From positions 1 through 28,795 of the forward strand of contig CAYYHL010000002.1 of assembly GCA_964471775.1 (NCBI GenBank): 28,795 nucleotides of DNA. Reading direction: 5' to 3'. The notes under the pieces are model-generated. The model saw nothing but the letters and a program-made list of their open reading frames with translations, was not told the origin of the DNA and did no database searches. Of the stretch, positions 8,254 through 18,129 are shown piece by piece (the first letter of the stretch is position 1; each line of letters starts with the position of its first letter). The position numbers and the translations under genes are program-made. Source of the DNA: an uncultured Clostridia bacterium. GTDB lineage: Bacteria; Aerophobota; Aerophobia; Aerophobales; AE-B3A.

Positions 8254-9113
8254 TGAAGTTGCCGTCGTCCAAGCTTACTATGAAAGTGCTCCTGGTGGTT
8301 ATTGCTTGTGTGGTAGTGATGTGGTGTCTTTTCCCGATCGCGTGGTTCGGTTTGGTTTCCTTCACCATACCAGGACATATTCCCGAGGGCTTGGGCATTC
8401 CCGAGGTCCTCAGTTTCGACTCCTACCGGTCAATACTAAACCTCGGTGAGGTTAGCGTTGCCATGTCCCGCTTGTCTGTGGTTGCGGAGATGCGCAATTC
8501 CCTCATAGTTGGCACCATGACCGTGGCGCTGTGCTTACTCCTGGCAATTGGACCAAGCTATATCTTGTCTCGATTTTCGGCTCGCTACCGAGAACTGGGG
8601 GCGATTTTTGGCACATTTCTGGTTGTGCGAACCATACCGCCGGTGACAATTATAATCAGCCTTTTCATAATTCTTAACAAGTATCGACTCATGGATACGT
8701 ATTGGGGATTAGTGCTTATTGAGACGGTATTCCTGTTGCCGATGTCGGTATGGTTACTATCGAGCTTCTTTGACCTAGTTCCTCGAGAACTGGAAGAACA
8801 GGCTTTCACAGACGGCGCGTCGCGATTTGGTACTGTATTCCGCGTTGTCCTACCTCTGGCTGCCCCTGGGATAGCTGTCACCGGATGTCTCGTGTTCCTT
8901 TTCAGTTGGATTGAGTACCTTTTGCCCCTTATCATTACAAGAATAAACACAAAGACGCTTCCTCTCGCCATCGCTGGTTTCTTGGGTGAACACCAGACCT
9001 TCTTTAACGAAATGGGGGCAGCATCTCTTCTGTCGATGATTCCTCTTGCCATTTTCTTTCTAGTGGCTGGAAGGTATATGGTGAGGGGGCTCACGATGGG
9101 AGCCTTCAAGTAG
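8253..9113 (+). CDS. carbohydrate ABC transporter permease (MalG/UgpE-like)
   Basis: EAA motif ELEEQAFTDGASRFGTVFRVVLPLAAPG. Start moved from 8070 to ATG 8253 (TGATG coupling; MKLPSSK). Confidence 0.95.
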   Translation: MKLPSSKLTMKVLLVVIACVVVMWCLFPIAWFGLVSFTIPGHIPEGLGIPEVLSFDSYRSILNLGEVSVAMSRLSVVAEMRNSLIVGTMTVALCLLLAIGPSYILSRFSARYRELGAIFGTFLVVRTIPPVTIIISLFIILNKYRLMDTYWGLVLIETVFLLPMSVWLLSSFFDLVPRELEEQAFTDGASRFGTVFRVVLPLAAPGIAVTGCLVFLFSWIEYLLPLIITRINTKTLPLAIAGFLGEHQTFFNEMGAASLLSMIPLAIFFLVAGRYMVRGLTMGAFK

Positions 9114-9339
9114 AAAGGAGAAAAGGGCTCTTTCAGCACGAGTGGTCGCAGTGTGCGGGGCAAGACGCCTGTGGATAGGACAACTGCCCTATACGAGAAG
9201 TCGGCAGGCTCGGGTGTCTACCGTACGAATACTCGTCGGTGCGTGTATCGCTGGCTGTGTCCGAGCGGTACCTAGCAGTGCATGTTGATAGCAATAATCA
9301 CGGGGCCTGGAAGTGTTCCGGTGGGGTGAGAGGAGTGAA

Positions 9340-10299
9340 ATGAACGTATCCAAACAGGTAATGACCAACATGCTCAGAAGAATGTACACGATAAGAATGT
9401 TCGAGGGCAAAGCTAAGGAACTGTATGCCAAAGGATTGATTACAGGGGCTCTCCATTGCTACAGCGGAGAGGAAGCTATTGCGGTTGGGGCTTGCGCCGT
9501 CATTCAGCCCCAAGACTACGTGGTGAGCACTCATCGAGGTCACGGCCATTGTATAGCCAAGGGTGCGGATATCAAGAGAATGATGGCCGAGCTGTTGGGA
9601 AGAGAGAGCGGCTATTGCAGGGGAAGAGGTGGATCCATGCACTTGACAGATCCGCGGGTAGGAATGCTCACAGCCTGTGGTATTGTGGGCGGAGGGATTC
9701 CAATATCTTTGGGCGTGGCCTTCTCCTCTCAATATCAGGAAAACGGCCGAGTGACATTGTGTTTCTTTGGAGATGGTGCTACCAATCAAGGTACTTTTCA
9801 CGAATCTTTGAATATAGCCTCCCTATGGAAGTTACCGGTGGTTTTCATCTGTGAGAATAACGGCTATGCCATCAGTGTCCCCATAAGTCGTTCTCTCTCC
9901 GTGAAGAATGTCTCAGACAGAGCTATCTCTTATGCAATGCCGGGGAAATCGGTAGACGGAAACGATATCATTGCTGTGTATGAAGTTGTGGATGACGCTG
10001 TGAGAAGGGCGAGAGATCAGGAGGGGCCTACTCTCATCGAGGCCGTTACCTTTCGCCTGGAGCGTCACGCTATGCTTGATATGGAAACACGAACCAGAGA
10101 AGAAATGGACAAGTGCAGGAGGTTAGATCCGATTTCGCGCTTTGAGCGAAAACTCATGCTGGAAAAAGCTATGAACCAAGAAGAGGTAGCACGGATTACG
10201 AAGAAGGTAGAACAAGAGGTGGATGAAGCGGCCAAGTTCGCCCAGAAAGGCTCTTTTCCGGATCCAAAGAGTACCATGGATTACCTCTACTGTGATTGA
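9340..10299 (+). CDS. ThDP-dependent 2-oxoacid/acetoin dehydrogenase E1 component, alpha subunit (PdhA/AcoA-like)
   Basis: GALHCYSGEEA, STHRGHGH, GRGGSMH, ThDP motif FFGDGATNQG...ENN. Start moved to ATG 9340 after GAGGAG. Confidence 0.95.
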   Translation: MNVSKQVMTNMLRRMYTIRMFEGKAKELYAKGLITGALHCYSGEEAIAVGACAVIQPQDYVVSTHRGHGHCIAKGADIKRMMAELLGRESGYCRGRGGSMHLTDPRVGMLTACGIVGGGIPISLGVAFSSQYQENGRVTLCFFGDGATNQGTFHESLNIASLWKLPVVFICENNGYAISVPISRSLSVKNVSDRAISYAMPGKSVDGNDIIAVYEVVDDAVRRARDQEGPTLIEAVTFRLERHAMLDMETRTREEMDKCRRLDPISRFERKLMLEKAMNQEEVARITKKVEQEVDEAAKFAQKGSFPDPKSTMDYLYCD

Positions 10300-10330
10300 G
10301 AGTGCGAATTGACCAAGAAACGAGGATAAA

Positions 10331-11302
10331 GTGAGAGAAATCAGTTATCGTCAGGCTCTAAATGAAGCTATGCAAGAGGAAATGGAAAGAGACGCCTCTG
10401 TGTTCTACATAGGGGAGGACGTGGGAGCCTACGGTGGTGTGCGCCAGATAACAAAAGGCCTTCAGGACAGATTTGGGGAAAAAAGAGTCAAGGATACCCC
10501 AATATCGGAGGCAGCTATTGTGGGGTTGGGAACTGGAGCTGCCATCATGGGTCTGCGTCCTATCGTTGAGATTATGTCAGTCGATTTCGCCACATTGGCC
10601 ATGGATCAGATATGCAATCAAGCAGCCAAACTAAGATATATGAGCGGAGGGGTTCTAGCAGTACCCCTGGTGGTAAGGACGGAGGGCGGATCAGGAAGTG
10701 GAGAGGCAGCCCAACATTGCCAGAGTCTGGAAGCCTGGTTTGTGCACACCCCGGGGTTAAAGGTAGTAATTCCTTCGACTCCGTATGATGCCAAGGGATT
10801 ATTCAAGACCTCAGTTAGGGATAACAATCCGGTGATATTCATTGGGCACAAACTTCTCTACCCACGAACTGGACCTGTGCCAGAAGGGGAATACACTGTT
10901 CCTTTTGGTCAGGCAAAGGTGGTGAGGGAGGGCAAAGACATCACGGTGGTGGCGACGTCTCTAATGGTTCACAGGGCTCTTGAGGCCGCCCGAGTTCTAG
11001 AACAAGAGGGGATAAGCTTGGACATTGTCGACCCTCGAACTTTAGTTCCCTTTGACTCCGAGACCATCCTCAATTCTGTCAAGAGAACTGGCCACCTGGC
11101 GATTGTGCACGAAGCGTGCCTCAGAGGAGGTATAGGCGGAGATATCGCTCGTCAGATGATGAAGGATGGGTTTGATTATCTTGATGGTCCCATCGAGGTT
11201 GTAGCCGGAAAAGACATTCCTATACCCTATGAGAGGAGTATGGAAGAGTCCGCGGTGCCCCAAGTGAGGGATATAGTGGATGTGACGAGACAAATGCTCT
11301 GA
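10331..11302 (+). CDS. ThDP-dependent dehydrogenase E1 component, beta subunit (PdhB/AcoB-like)
   Basis: GEDVGAYGG, DTPISEAAIVG, AQHCQSLEAW, DPRTLVPFD, VHEA. Confidence 0.95.
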   Translation: MREISYRQALNEAMQEEMERDASVFYIGEDVGAYGGVRQITKGLQDRFGEKRVKDTPISEAAIVGLGTGAAIMGLRPIVEIMSVDFATLAMDQICNQAAKLRYMSGGVLAVPLVVRTEGGSGSGEAAQHCQSLEAWFVHTPGLKVVIPSTPYDAKGLFKTSVRDNNPVIFIGHKLLYPRTGPVPEGEYTVPFGQAKVVREGKDITVVATSLMVHRALEAARVLEQEGISLDIVDPRTLVPFDSETILNSVKRTGHLAIVHEACLRGGIGGDIARQMMKDGFDYLDGPIEVVAGKDIPIPYERSMEESAVPQVRDIVDVTRQML

Positions 11303-11405
11303 TGTTTTCGAGGAGCTAGAAAGGGCTGCCCAATGTGGCAGCCTTTGGCACACTCCATTTGTACGATCATAGATATAGACTGTTCTCTTCGAGGGAGGAA
11401 AGCAA

Positions 11406-12131
11406 ATGTATGGATGGCGAGGGCGAATCGGTTTGATGATACCGTCTACTGTAACAACAATAGACTCAGAGTTCCACAGACTCGTTCCTGACGGTGTATC
11501 GGTGCATACCACAAGGATGTTTCACACCAAGAGCACCCCCGAGGGACTGGCCAGTCTGTCCGACAGCATTGAAAGAGCCGCTGAGGAACTCGCAACAGCG
11601 CACGTCAATGTTATCGCTTTCGGTTGCACGTCTGGGGGTCTGCTCAAGGGGGAAAAGTGGGAAAAGGAGATTAGGGAAAGGATTGAGAAAACGAGCGGTA
11701 TCCCAGCCGTGACCACCATAGAATCGGTTGTGGAGGCTCTTCAAATTCTAGGAATGAACAGGGTGATAGTGGCAACGCCCTATGTCCAGGAAGTCAATGA
11801 CTTGGAAAGGAGCTTCTTAGAGAAAAAAGGGGTTGAGGTACTGGGAATAAGGGGAATTGGCATTGTGGAATCGGTAGAGATTGGTGACCAACCTCCCTGG
11901 GTAAGCTACACATTGGCCAAAGAAGTGTTTTTGGAATACCCACAGGCTGGAGGAATCTTCATAAGCTGTACGAATTTTCGGACAATAGAAATAATTGAGA
12001 AGCTGGAAAAAGACGCCCAGATTCCTGTCGTCACCAGTGTTCAGGCCACGTTGTGGAACTGTCTGCGAAAGATCCACTGCAACGAACCGATTCTCGGTTA
12101 CGGAAAGCTTCTCCGAATCACCGATGAATAA
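11406..12131 (+). CDS. maleate cis-trans isomerase / Asp-Glu racemase superfamily protein (two-Cys type)
   Basis: GRIGLMIPS, FGCTSG (Cys74), VATPY, ISCTNF, PVVTSVQATLW. Confidence 0.9.
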   Translation: MYGWRGRIGLMIPSTVTTIDSEFHRLVPDGVSVHTTRMFHTKSTPEGLASLSDSIERAAEELATAHVNVIAFGCTSGGLLKGEKWEKEIRERIEKTSGIPAVTTIESVVEALQILGMNRVIVATPYVQEVNDLERSFLEKKGVEVLGIRGIGIVESVEIGDQPPWVSYTLAKEVFLEYPQAGGIFISCTNFRTIEIIEKLEKDAQIPVVTSVQATLWNCLRKIHCNEPILGYGKLLRITDE

Positions 12132-12170
12132 GCTTCCAAAGACAGAAGCAAAGGATGAAAGGAAAGGACG

Positions 12171-13562
12171 GTGAAGCCAAAAGTTGGGTTGCTAACCTTC
12201 GCCGAGCAAAGAGAGGAATTCTACGTCAAGCGCAAGCACATAGTGGAGGAGGAATCAAGGAACGTAATAGACGCTTTGAGGGGCAGATTTGAATGTGTAT
12301 CGCCAAACCTCATACGGTCAAAAAATGAGCTCGTTTCCGCCATTGAGAAGGTCCGCGAAGAAAGCATAGACTGTCTTGTTGTATCACTCCCGGTCTGGAG
12401 CGCCCCCAATCTTCCCGTCATGGGTGTCAGACTTCTCGAACTTCCCACCATACTGTACAGCAATAATCGGCTTGATTCGTCTAGCCAGGTGGCAATACTT
12501 GCCACTGGTGGAGCACTCGATCAGATAGGCTTCCCCCACCAGCGAGTTGTTGGATCTATTGACGATGCGCAGACACTAGGAGCTATTGATGCATTCTGCA
12601 CAGCGGCGAGCGCTATGAACCGGCTCAAGGGGACAACCTATGGGTGCTTTGGTGGAAGGAGTCTTGGTATCTGCACCGCAACAGCAGATCTTGCGCAATG
12701 GCAAAGTCTCTTCGGCATAGACATTGAACATATTGATCAGATGGAAATCGTGAGGAGAGCAGGAAGTGTGCAAGAAAAGGAGATTCAACAACACATGGAG
12801 TGGATAGAGAAGAACTTCGGCGCAATAGAGTATGATGGCACTTTCCTCACTCCTGAGAAGTTGCGTTCACAGATTCGTGATTACCTTGCCACCAAGAGAA
12901 TCGCCGAAGAGATGGGTCTTGATTTCATAGGCATTAAGTGCCAAACCGAGATGAGCGATCACCACGTACTTCAGTGCTTGAACCAAATGCTGCTCAATGA
13001 TCCCTACGATGCAGAAGGGCCGAAAGAACCCGTCGTATCCAGCTGTGAGGCTGATCATGATGCAGCTCTTTCCATGCAAATTCTGAAGTTCATGTCAGGA
13101 GGAAGCCCCACCTTGTTCTTGGACATAAGACACGTTGCAGAATCGCAGATCATCGGTGCCAATTGTGGTTCTATGCCAAGTTGGTTTGCCAACTACTCTA
13201 AGAACCCTTCACACAATACGAAGGAAGTGCACCTTATCCCCCCAGCATTTGGGAAGGCTGGGGGGTGCGCTGTGCAATTCGTTGCAGGGTCCGGCCCTGT
13301 AACCCTGGCCAGATTGTGTAGAAGAAAGGGTAACTACTGGATGGCTATCCTCAAGGGGTCAATCAATAGGAAACGACGAGAAGAACTGAAGAAAACCACC
13401 TGGGCCTTTCCCCACGCGTTTATCCAGGCCGATTTCGATCACAAAGAGTTTCTAGGCACCTATGGGTCGAATCACATCCATGGCGCACGCGGTGACTGCG
13501 TGAATGAACTGGTTCAGTTCTGCAAGCTACTGTCATTGGACTACATAGTCTATTCACGGTAA
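12171..13562 (+). CDS. L-fucose/L-arabinose isomerase-like aldose-ketose isomerase
   Basis: FIGIKCQTEM, metal-binding CEADHDAALSM, VTLARL, C-terminal YGSNHIHG; 463 aa, shorter than canonical FucI. Confidence 0.85.
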   Translation: MKPKVGLLTFAEQREEFYVKRKHIVEEESRNVIDALRGRFECVSPNLIRSKNELVSAIEKVREESIDCLVVSLPVWSAPNLPVMGVRLLELPTILYSNNRLDSSSQVAILATGGALDQIGFPHQRVVGSIDDAQTLGAIDAFCTAASAMNRLKGTTYGCFGGRSLGICTATADLAQWQSLFGIDIEHIDQMEIVRRAGSVQEKEIQQHMEWIEKNFGAIEYDGTFLTPEKLRSQIRDYLATKRIAEEMGLDFIGIKCQTEMSDHHVLQCLNQMLLNDPYDAEGPKEPVVSSCEADHDAALSMQILKFMSGGSPTLFLDIRHVAESQIIGANCGSMPSWFANYSKNPSHNTKEVHLIPPAFGKAGGCAVQFVAGSGPVTLARLCRRKGNYWMAILKGSINRKRREELKKTTWAFPHAFIQADFDHKEFLGTYGSNHIHGARGDCVNELVQFCKLLSLDYIVYSR

Positions 13563-13655
13563 TACGAACCTATTGAAACGGTGGCCGAGAGACTAGGGAT
13601 GGTGCAAGACACCCGATTCTCCAGTTGCCCAAAATACCAGATAAGGAGTGTCAAT

Positions 13656-14885
13656 GTGAAGTACGGAAGAAATTACATGCCGGACAAATGGTGCGTCAGC
13701 GAGTTCTGTTTCAATGAGGAAGTGCGAAAAGCCATGAGACTCCCAAGCAAATTCCACATACGGGACTCTACCATACGTGAGGGAGATGAACAGCCAGGAT
13801 GCTATATGTCTCCTGACGACAAATTGAAAGTTGCTGAAAAGGTCTATGAAATAGGAATCAAGGAAATCGATGTTGGATTCGTGGGGGCTGTGGATGAACA
13901 CTACAGGACAGCGCAGCTGATCAAGAAACAAATTCCCCAGCTGGAAACCTCAGCAATCATCAAGACATGGGTTCCCACTTGGAAGGATGAGCTCAATAGA
14001 GCTATAGATGCAGGAGTTGATAGGGTTGAACCCTGGAATCATCCCATCATAAACCATGCCTCAGATGAACAGGTCGCAGAGTTAGGCCACACCAGGGAGG
14101 AGCTGATCCCTCGGATTGTGGAAGTGATACAGTGTGCGAAAGGGCAAGGGGTGAAAGTGTCCTACATGCAGTGTGACGCCATGAGGAGTAGCTGGGATTT
14201 CTTGGAGTCAATCCTTTCTGCAGTTGAGAGAGCGGGCGTCGACCGATTGAGTGTAGCCGAGGATGGCTATGCTTCCCCTCCTGCAGTAAGGTTCTTGATG
14301 GATAAGCTCACGGAATTACTAAGGGTACCCATACTTTGGCACAGCCATAATGATTTTGGCCTTTCTGTCGCCAATGTACTGGCAGCCGTCGAGCGTGGGG
14401 CTCAAGCTGCAGATCTCATCATTAACGGCATGGGGGATAAAGCCGGAATAACATCTTTGGAAGAAGTGGTTGTGTCACTGGAATGTATGTACGGAGTTGA
14501 CACGGGAGTGAAGCTGGAAAAGCTCTATGGGCTCTCCAAGTTTGTTGAGGAACTCACCGGCATTCGATGCCAACCTCACAAAGCGATAGTTGGCGAGAAT
14601 GCGTTCCTTCATGAATCAGAGCTGCATGCCTATTGCATTATCACCGGAATCTGGGAGGCAATGGAAGGGTTTCGTGCCGAACTCGTCGGCAACAAAAGAC
14701 GGGTTGTTTTTGGAGATACAACCTTGCACGGCGAGGCTGCCCGAGCAAGACTCAGGGTCCTAGGACTGGAATATACGGATGAGGATGTCAAGAAGATTCT
14801 CGACGAAGTCCGCAAGGTCCTGCCCAAGAAACACACTATCTCGCTTGAAGAATTCGACCAGATCGCGAAGAAGGTGGTAGCTTAG
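13656..14885 (+). CDS. DRE-TIM metallolyase, homocitrate / 2-isopropylmalate / Re-citrate synthase-like, divergent; no LeuA regulatory domain
   Basis: RDSTIREGDEQPG, WHSHNDFGLSVAN, NGMGDKAG, PHKAIVGENAFLHES. Start moved to GTG 13656 after AAGGAG. Confidence 0.85.
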   Translation: MKYGRNYMPDKWCVSEFCFNEEVRKAMRLPSKFHIRDSTIREGDEQPGCYMSPDDKLKVAEKVYEIGIKEIDVGFVGAVDEHYRTAQLIKKQIPQLETSAIIKTWVPTWKDELNRAIDAGVDRVEPWNHPIINHASDEQVAELGHTREELIPRIVEVIQCAKGQGVKVSYMQCDAMRSSWDFLESILSAVERAGVDRLSVAEDGYASPPAVRFLMDKLTELLRVPILWHSHNDFGLSVANVLAAVERGAQAADLIINGMGDKAGITSLEEVVVSLECMYGVDTGVKLEKLYGLSKFVEELTGIRCQPHKAIVGENAFLHESELHAYCIITGIWEAMEGFRAELVGNKRRVVFGDTTLHGEAARARLRVLGLEYTDEDVKKILDEVRKVLPKKHTISLEEFDQIAKKVVA

Positions 14886-15029
14886 ATTTTGGAAGCTACT
14901 GAAGTCCAAGAGGCAGCGTAAGATAAGGCATTTGTACAGTTGAGCAGCAAAGGGTAAGTGCTATTGATGTGACGCAAACTACAAAGAGTAGTGCTTTGAC
15001 ATTGATGACCTGATCAGAAAGGATGAAGA

Positions 15030-16187
15030 ATGCGAAAGATAGATGTCGGTGTTATAGGATGCGGAAGCATAGCGGAAATCGCTCATTTTCCTTCGATCAA
15101 GAAACTTCCTGAAACTGAACTTGTAGCCGTGTGTGATACGGACGAGCCTAGAGCGCAAGAGATGGCAAAAAAATGGGAAGCCCGAACCTACTTCGCTGAC
15201 TATGACAGGATGCTCAATGACACGGACCTTGATGCCGTCGTCATTGCGACTCCGAATTCTCTTCACTACCAGCATGCCATCGCAGCTGCTGGGGCTGGGG
15301 CACATCTCTTGGTGGAGAAGCCTCTTGCCATCACCAACAAACAGGCTTGGGGTATCGTGGAAGCGTACAAAAAAGCAGGAAAGAAGCTGATGGTAGGCTG
15401 TGACAGAAGGTTCTGGCTGCAAAATGAATATGCGAAGCAGTTGATTACGGAGGGAGTGATTGGTGAGCCCGTAATGGGATTTGCGTGCCAATATCAACAC
15501 TTCTTCTACTACCAGGAAAAATTGGCAAGAACTGACTTCAGACTGAAGCCAAACCTGGCCGGTGCAGCAGCTATTCTGGATCTCGGTGCTCACGCCATTG
15601 ACCTTATTACGTGGCTCATGGGAAGCGAGGTAAAGAGTGTCACGGGCATTGCAAAACGTTTGGTGATACCGGAAGAATATACCCCATTGGATGACACTGT
15701 TTGGATTCTTATGGAGCACAAGAACGGTTCCTACAGTTGTGTCACGTGCAATCGATTCTCACCGGTGGTGGTCCAGGCCACCGGTGTTCATGGCAGCCAG
15801 GGAACGATACAGACAAGTTCTGATGCAACCAACCCATTCCAAATGGCACCTTTGGCAGTCTATACAAATAGGGACTACAACGCGGATGAACTACCGGACA
15901 TTATCAGAGACTACCGCTACCCGCAGACATGGTGGGCTGAGGATTTCGTGAGCCAGCCTGTCGGGAAACGCTGGGTTCCGATATATCCTCCGAGAGAATC
16001 AAACTATGAAAGGATGTGGAAGCATTTTGTCAAATGCATTGTTGAAGATACGGAACCACGAGTAACAGGTGAGGATGGAGCACGAGCATTAGAGGTGATG
16101 TGCGGGACTTTCAAATCAATGAAGACAAGGGCATGGGTTGATCTTCCTCTTGAGGAAGAAGTGTTGCCACCACACTATGGTGGATGA
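15030..16187 (+). CDS. Gfo/Idh/MocA family NAD(P)-dependent oxidoreductase
   Basis: VGVIGCGSIA, VIATPNSLH, LVEKPLA, ILDLGAHAID. Confidence 0.95.
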   Translation: MRKIDVGVIGCGSIAEIAHFPSIKKLPETELVAVCDTDEPRAQEMAKKWEARTYFADYDRMLNDTDLDAVVIATPNSLHYQHAIAAAGAGAHLLVEKPLAITNKQAWGIVEAYKKAGKKLMVGCDRRFWLQNEYAKQLITEGVIGEPVMGFACQYQHFFYYQEKLARTDFRLKPNLAGAAAILDLGAHAIDLITWLMGSEVKSVTGIAKRLVIPEEYTPLDDTVWILMEHKNGSYSCVTCNRFSPVVVQATGVHGSQGTIQTSSDATNPFQMAPLAVYTNRDYNADELPDIIRDYRYPQTWWAEDFVSQPVGKRWVPIYPPRESNYERMWKHFVKCIVEDTEPRVTGEDGARALEVMCGTFKSMKTRAWVDLPLEEEVLPPHYGG

Positions 16188-16213
16188 GGGAAGAGAATAC
16201 GGGGGAGAGGACA

Positions 16214-17125
16214 ATGAGTGAAAACAACCGCCACAAGCTGGGGCTGGAACTGAAGAAAAAAGCCTACAAACTCCGGATAACGGAACTTGAGATGATGAGA
16301 GATGCTGAAACAAGTGGACACTACGGCGGGTCTATGTCAGTCATGGACATTCTCACGGTCCTCTATTTCGGCGTCATGCGGCTGGACCCGGCAAATCCAG
16401 ACTGGGAAGACCGGGATCGGTTCGTCTTGAGCAAAGGACACACCTGCAATGCTTTGGCAACGGTTTTGGCGGACAAGGGGTTCATCTCCGGCGAGATCCT
16501 TGCCACGTTCAATAAGCTGGACAGCCCCTTGGGACAGCACCCTGACAGAAACAAGATACGTGGATGTGACGCGAGTACGGGTTCCCTGGGTCACGGAGCT
16601 GCTCTTGCTGTCGGCATGGCTATGGCCGGGAGGGTGTTAAAGAAGGACTACAGGGTGTATACAGTGCTGAGTGACGGCGAGATGGCTGAGGGTTCCACGT
16701 GGGAAGCCATTGAGATCGCTTCCCATTTCAAGGTGGACAATGTGTGTGGAACGATTGACAGGAACGGACTTAGTCTTGATGGCCCCACTGAGGGTCCGGG
16801 GGTCCTTGGAGAACGCGGCTTCGAAGGGACAATGACCCTCGAGCCTCTCGGTAAGAAGCTGGCGCTTTTTGGCTGGCATGTCATAGAATGTGACGGGCAT
16901 GACTTCTCTCAGCTACTCGGTGCTTACGAGGAAGCCGCGAAGACCAAAGGAAAACCGACCATGATCGTAGCAAATACCGTGAAGGGCAAAGGTGTTTCAT
17001 TCATTGAGGATAGATACGAATGGCACTACGGACAATTCAGTGCTGAGCAGTACGAGTTGGCAATTGGCGAGTTGGCAGCTGTAGTGAAAAAGCTGGAGCA
17101 GGAACTGGGGCAAGAATCCGCATAA
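16214..17125 (+). CDS. split transketolase, N-terminal ThDP-binding subunit
   Basis: SGHYGGSMS, FVLSKGH, GQHPD, STGSLGHG, LSDGEMAEGSTWEA, IDRN, TVKGKG, WHYG. An alternative start at 16184 is possible. Confidence 0.93.
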   Translation: MSENNRHKLGLELKKKAYKLRITELEMMRDAETSGHYGGSMSVMDILTVLYFGVMRLDPANPDWEDRDRFVLSKGHTCNALATVLADKGFISGEILATFNKLDSPLGQHPDRNKIRGCDASTGSLGHGAALAVGMAMAGRVLKKDYRVYTVLSDGEMAEGSTWEAIEIASHFKVDNVCGTIDRNGLSLDGPTEGPGVLGERGFEGTMTLEPLGKKLALFGWHVIECDGHDFSQLLGAYEEAAKTKGKPTMIVANTVKGKGVSFIEDRYEWHYGQFSAEQYELAIGELAAVVKKLEQELGQESA

Positions 17126-17139
17126 AGGGAGGAAAACAA

Positions 17140-18129
17140 ATGGCAACAGTATCTAGTTGGACAGAGGCTGACTTAGCGGATACTCTCACTCCCAGGGATG
17201 TTTTCGGGAAGGTGTTAATTGAGCTTGCAAGAGAAAACCCAAGAATCGTTGCACTATGTGCTGATCTTATGGTTTCCACCAAACTGAAGCGTTTTGCACA
17301 GGAATTCCCGGACAGGTTCTTCGAGACCGGACTCACCGAGCAGGCTACTGTGGGGGTTTGCGCGGGAATGGCGAGTTGCGGATTAATACCGTTCTTTGCG
17401 ACCTTCGCCCCATTTGCCACCATGAGACCCTGTGAGCAGGTGAGGACCGATATCACCTACCAGAATCTCAATGCAAAAATTGTCGGGACCCACGCGGGGC
17501 TCAGTATTGGGCCGGCAGGAACAACTCATCATTCTACTGAAGACATAGCCATTACGCGTTCCATGGCTAATATGACAGTGTTGGTACCCTCAGACCTGAT
17601 TCAGACAGTAAAGGTTCTGCAAAGCGCAGCAGATTTTGAGGGTCCATGCTACATTCGGCTTGTCAGAGGAGCCGAGTCCTTGGTTAGCATTTACGAGAGC
17701 GTAGAGAATTGTCCATTTGAGATTGGAAAAGCCACCGTGATCAAAGAGGGTAGTGACCTAACCCTGATTGCTGCGGGGACACCCGTCGTGCAGGAATCGC
17801 TCGTTGCAGCCAGGGGGTTGGAAAAAGAGGGCATCCACGCACGAGTGATTGATATGGCTTCTGTAAAGCCCATTGATAGAGAGAAGATTGTGAAGGCAGC
17901 TGAAGAAACCGGGGGTATAATCACGGTGGAGGATCACAGCATCAAAGGCGGATTAGGCTCGGCAGTCGCTGAAGTGGTGGTAGAAGAGAGGCCAGTCCCC
18001 ATGAAACTGGTGGGAATTCCTGACACCTACTCGGCGCTTGGACCTTGCGAGGAACTATGGAGGAGATACGGCCTGAACAGTGACTGTCTTGCGGAAACAG
18101 TGAGGACTTTTGTCAAACGACTGGGGTAA
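17140..18129 (+). CDS. split transketolase, pyrimidine-binding plus C-terminal subunit
   Basis: FFETGLTEQ, GTTHHSTED, YIRL, KPIDRE, VEDHSIKGGLGSAVAE. Confidence 0.95.
   Translation: MATVSSWTEADLADTLTPRDVFGKVLIELARENPRIVALCADLMVSTKLKRFAQEFPDRFFETGLTEQATVGVCAGMASCGLIPFFATFAPFATMRPCEQVRTDITYQNLNAKIVGTHAGLSIGPAGTTHHSTEDIAITRSMANMTVLVPSDLIQTVKVLQSAADFEGPCYIRLVRGAESLVSIYESVENCPFEIGKATVIKEGSDLTLIAAGTPVVQESLVAARGLEKEGIHARVIDMASVKPIDREKIVKAAEETGGIITVEDHSIKGGLGSAVAEVVVEERPVPMKLVGIPDTYSALGPCEELWRRYGLNSDCLAETVRTFVKRLG

Noticed and set aside
13656-14885. Calling the DRE-TIM gene leuA or nifV
   Set aside because: Altered active-site motifs, no regulatory domain, and no leuBCD or nif genes in context.
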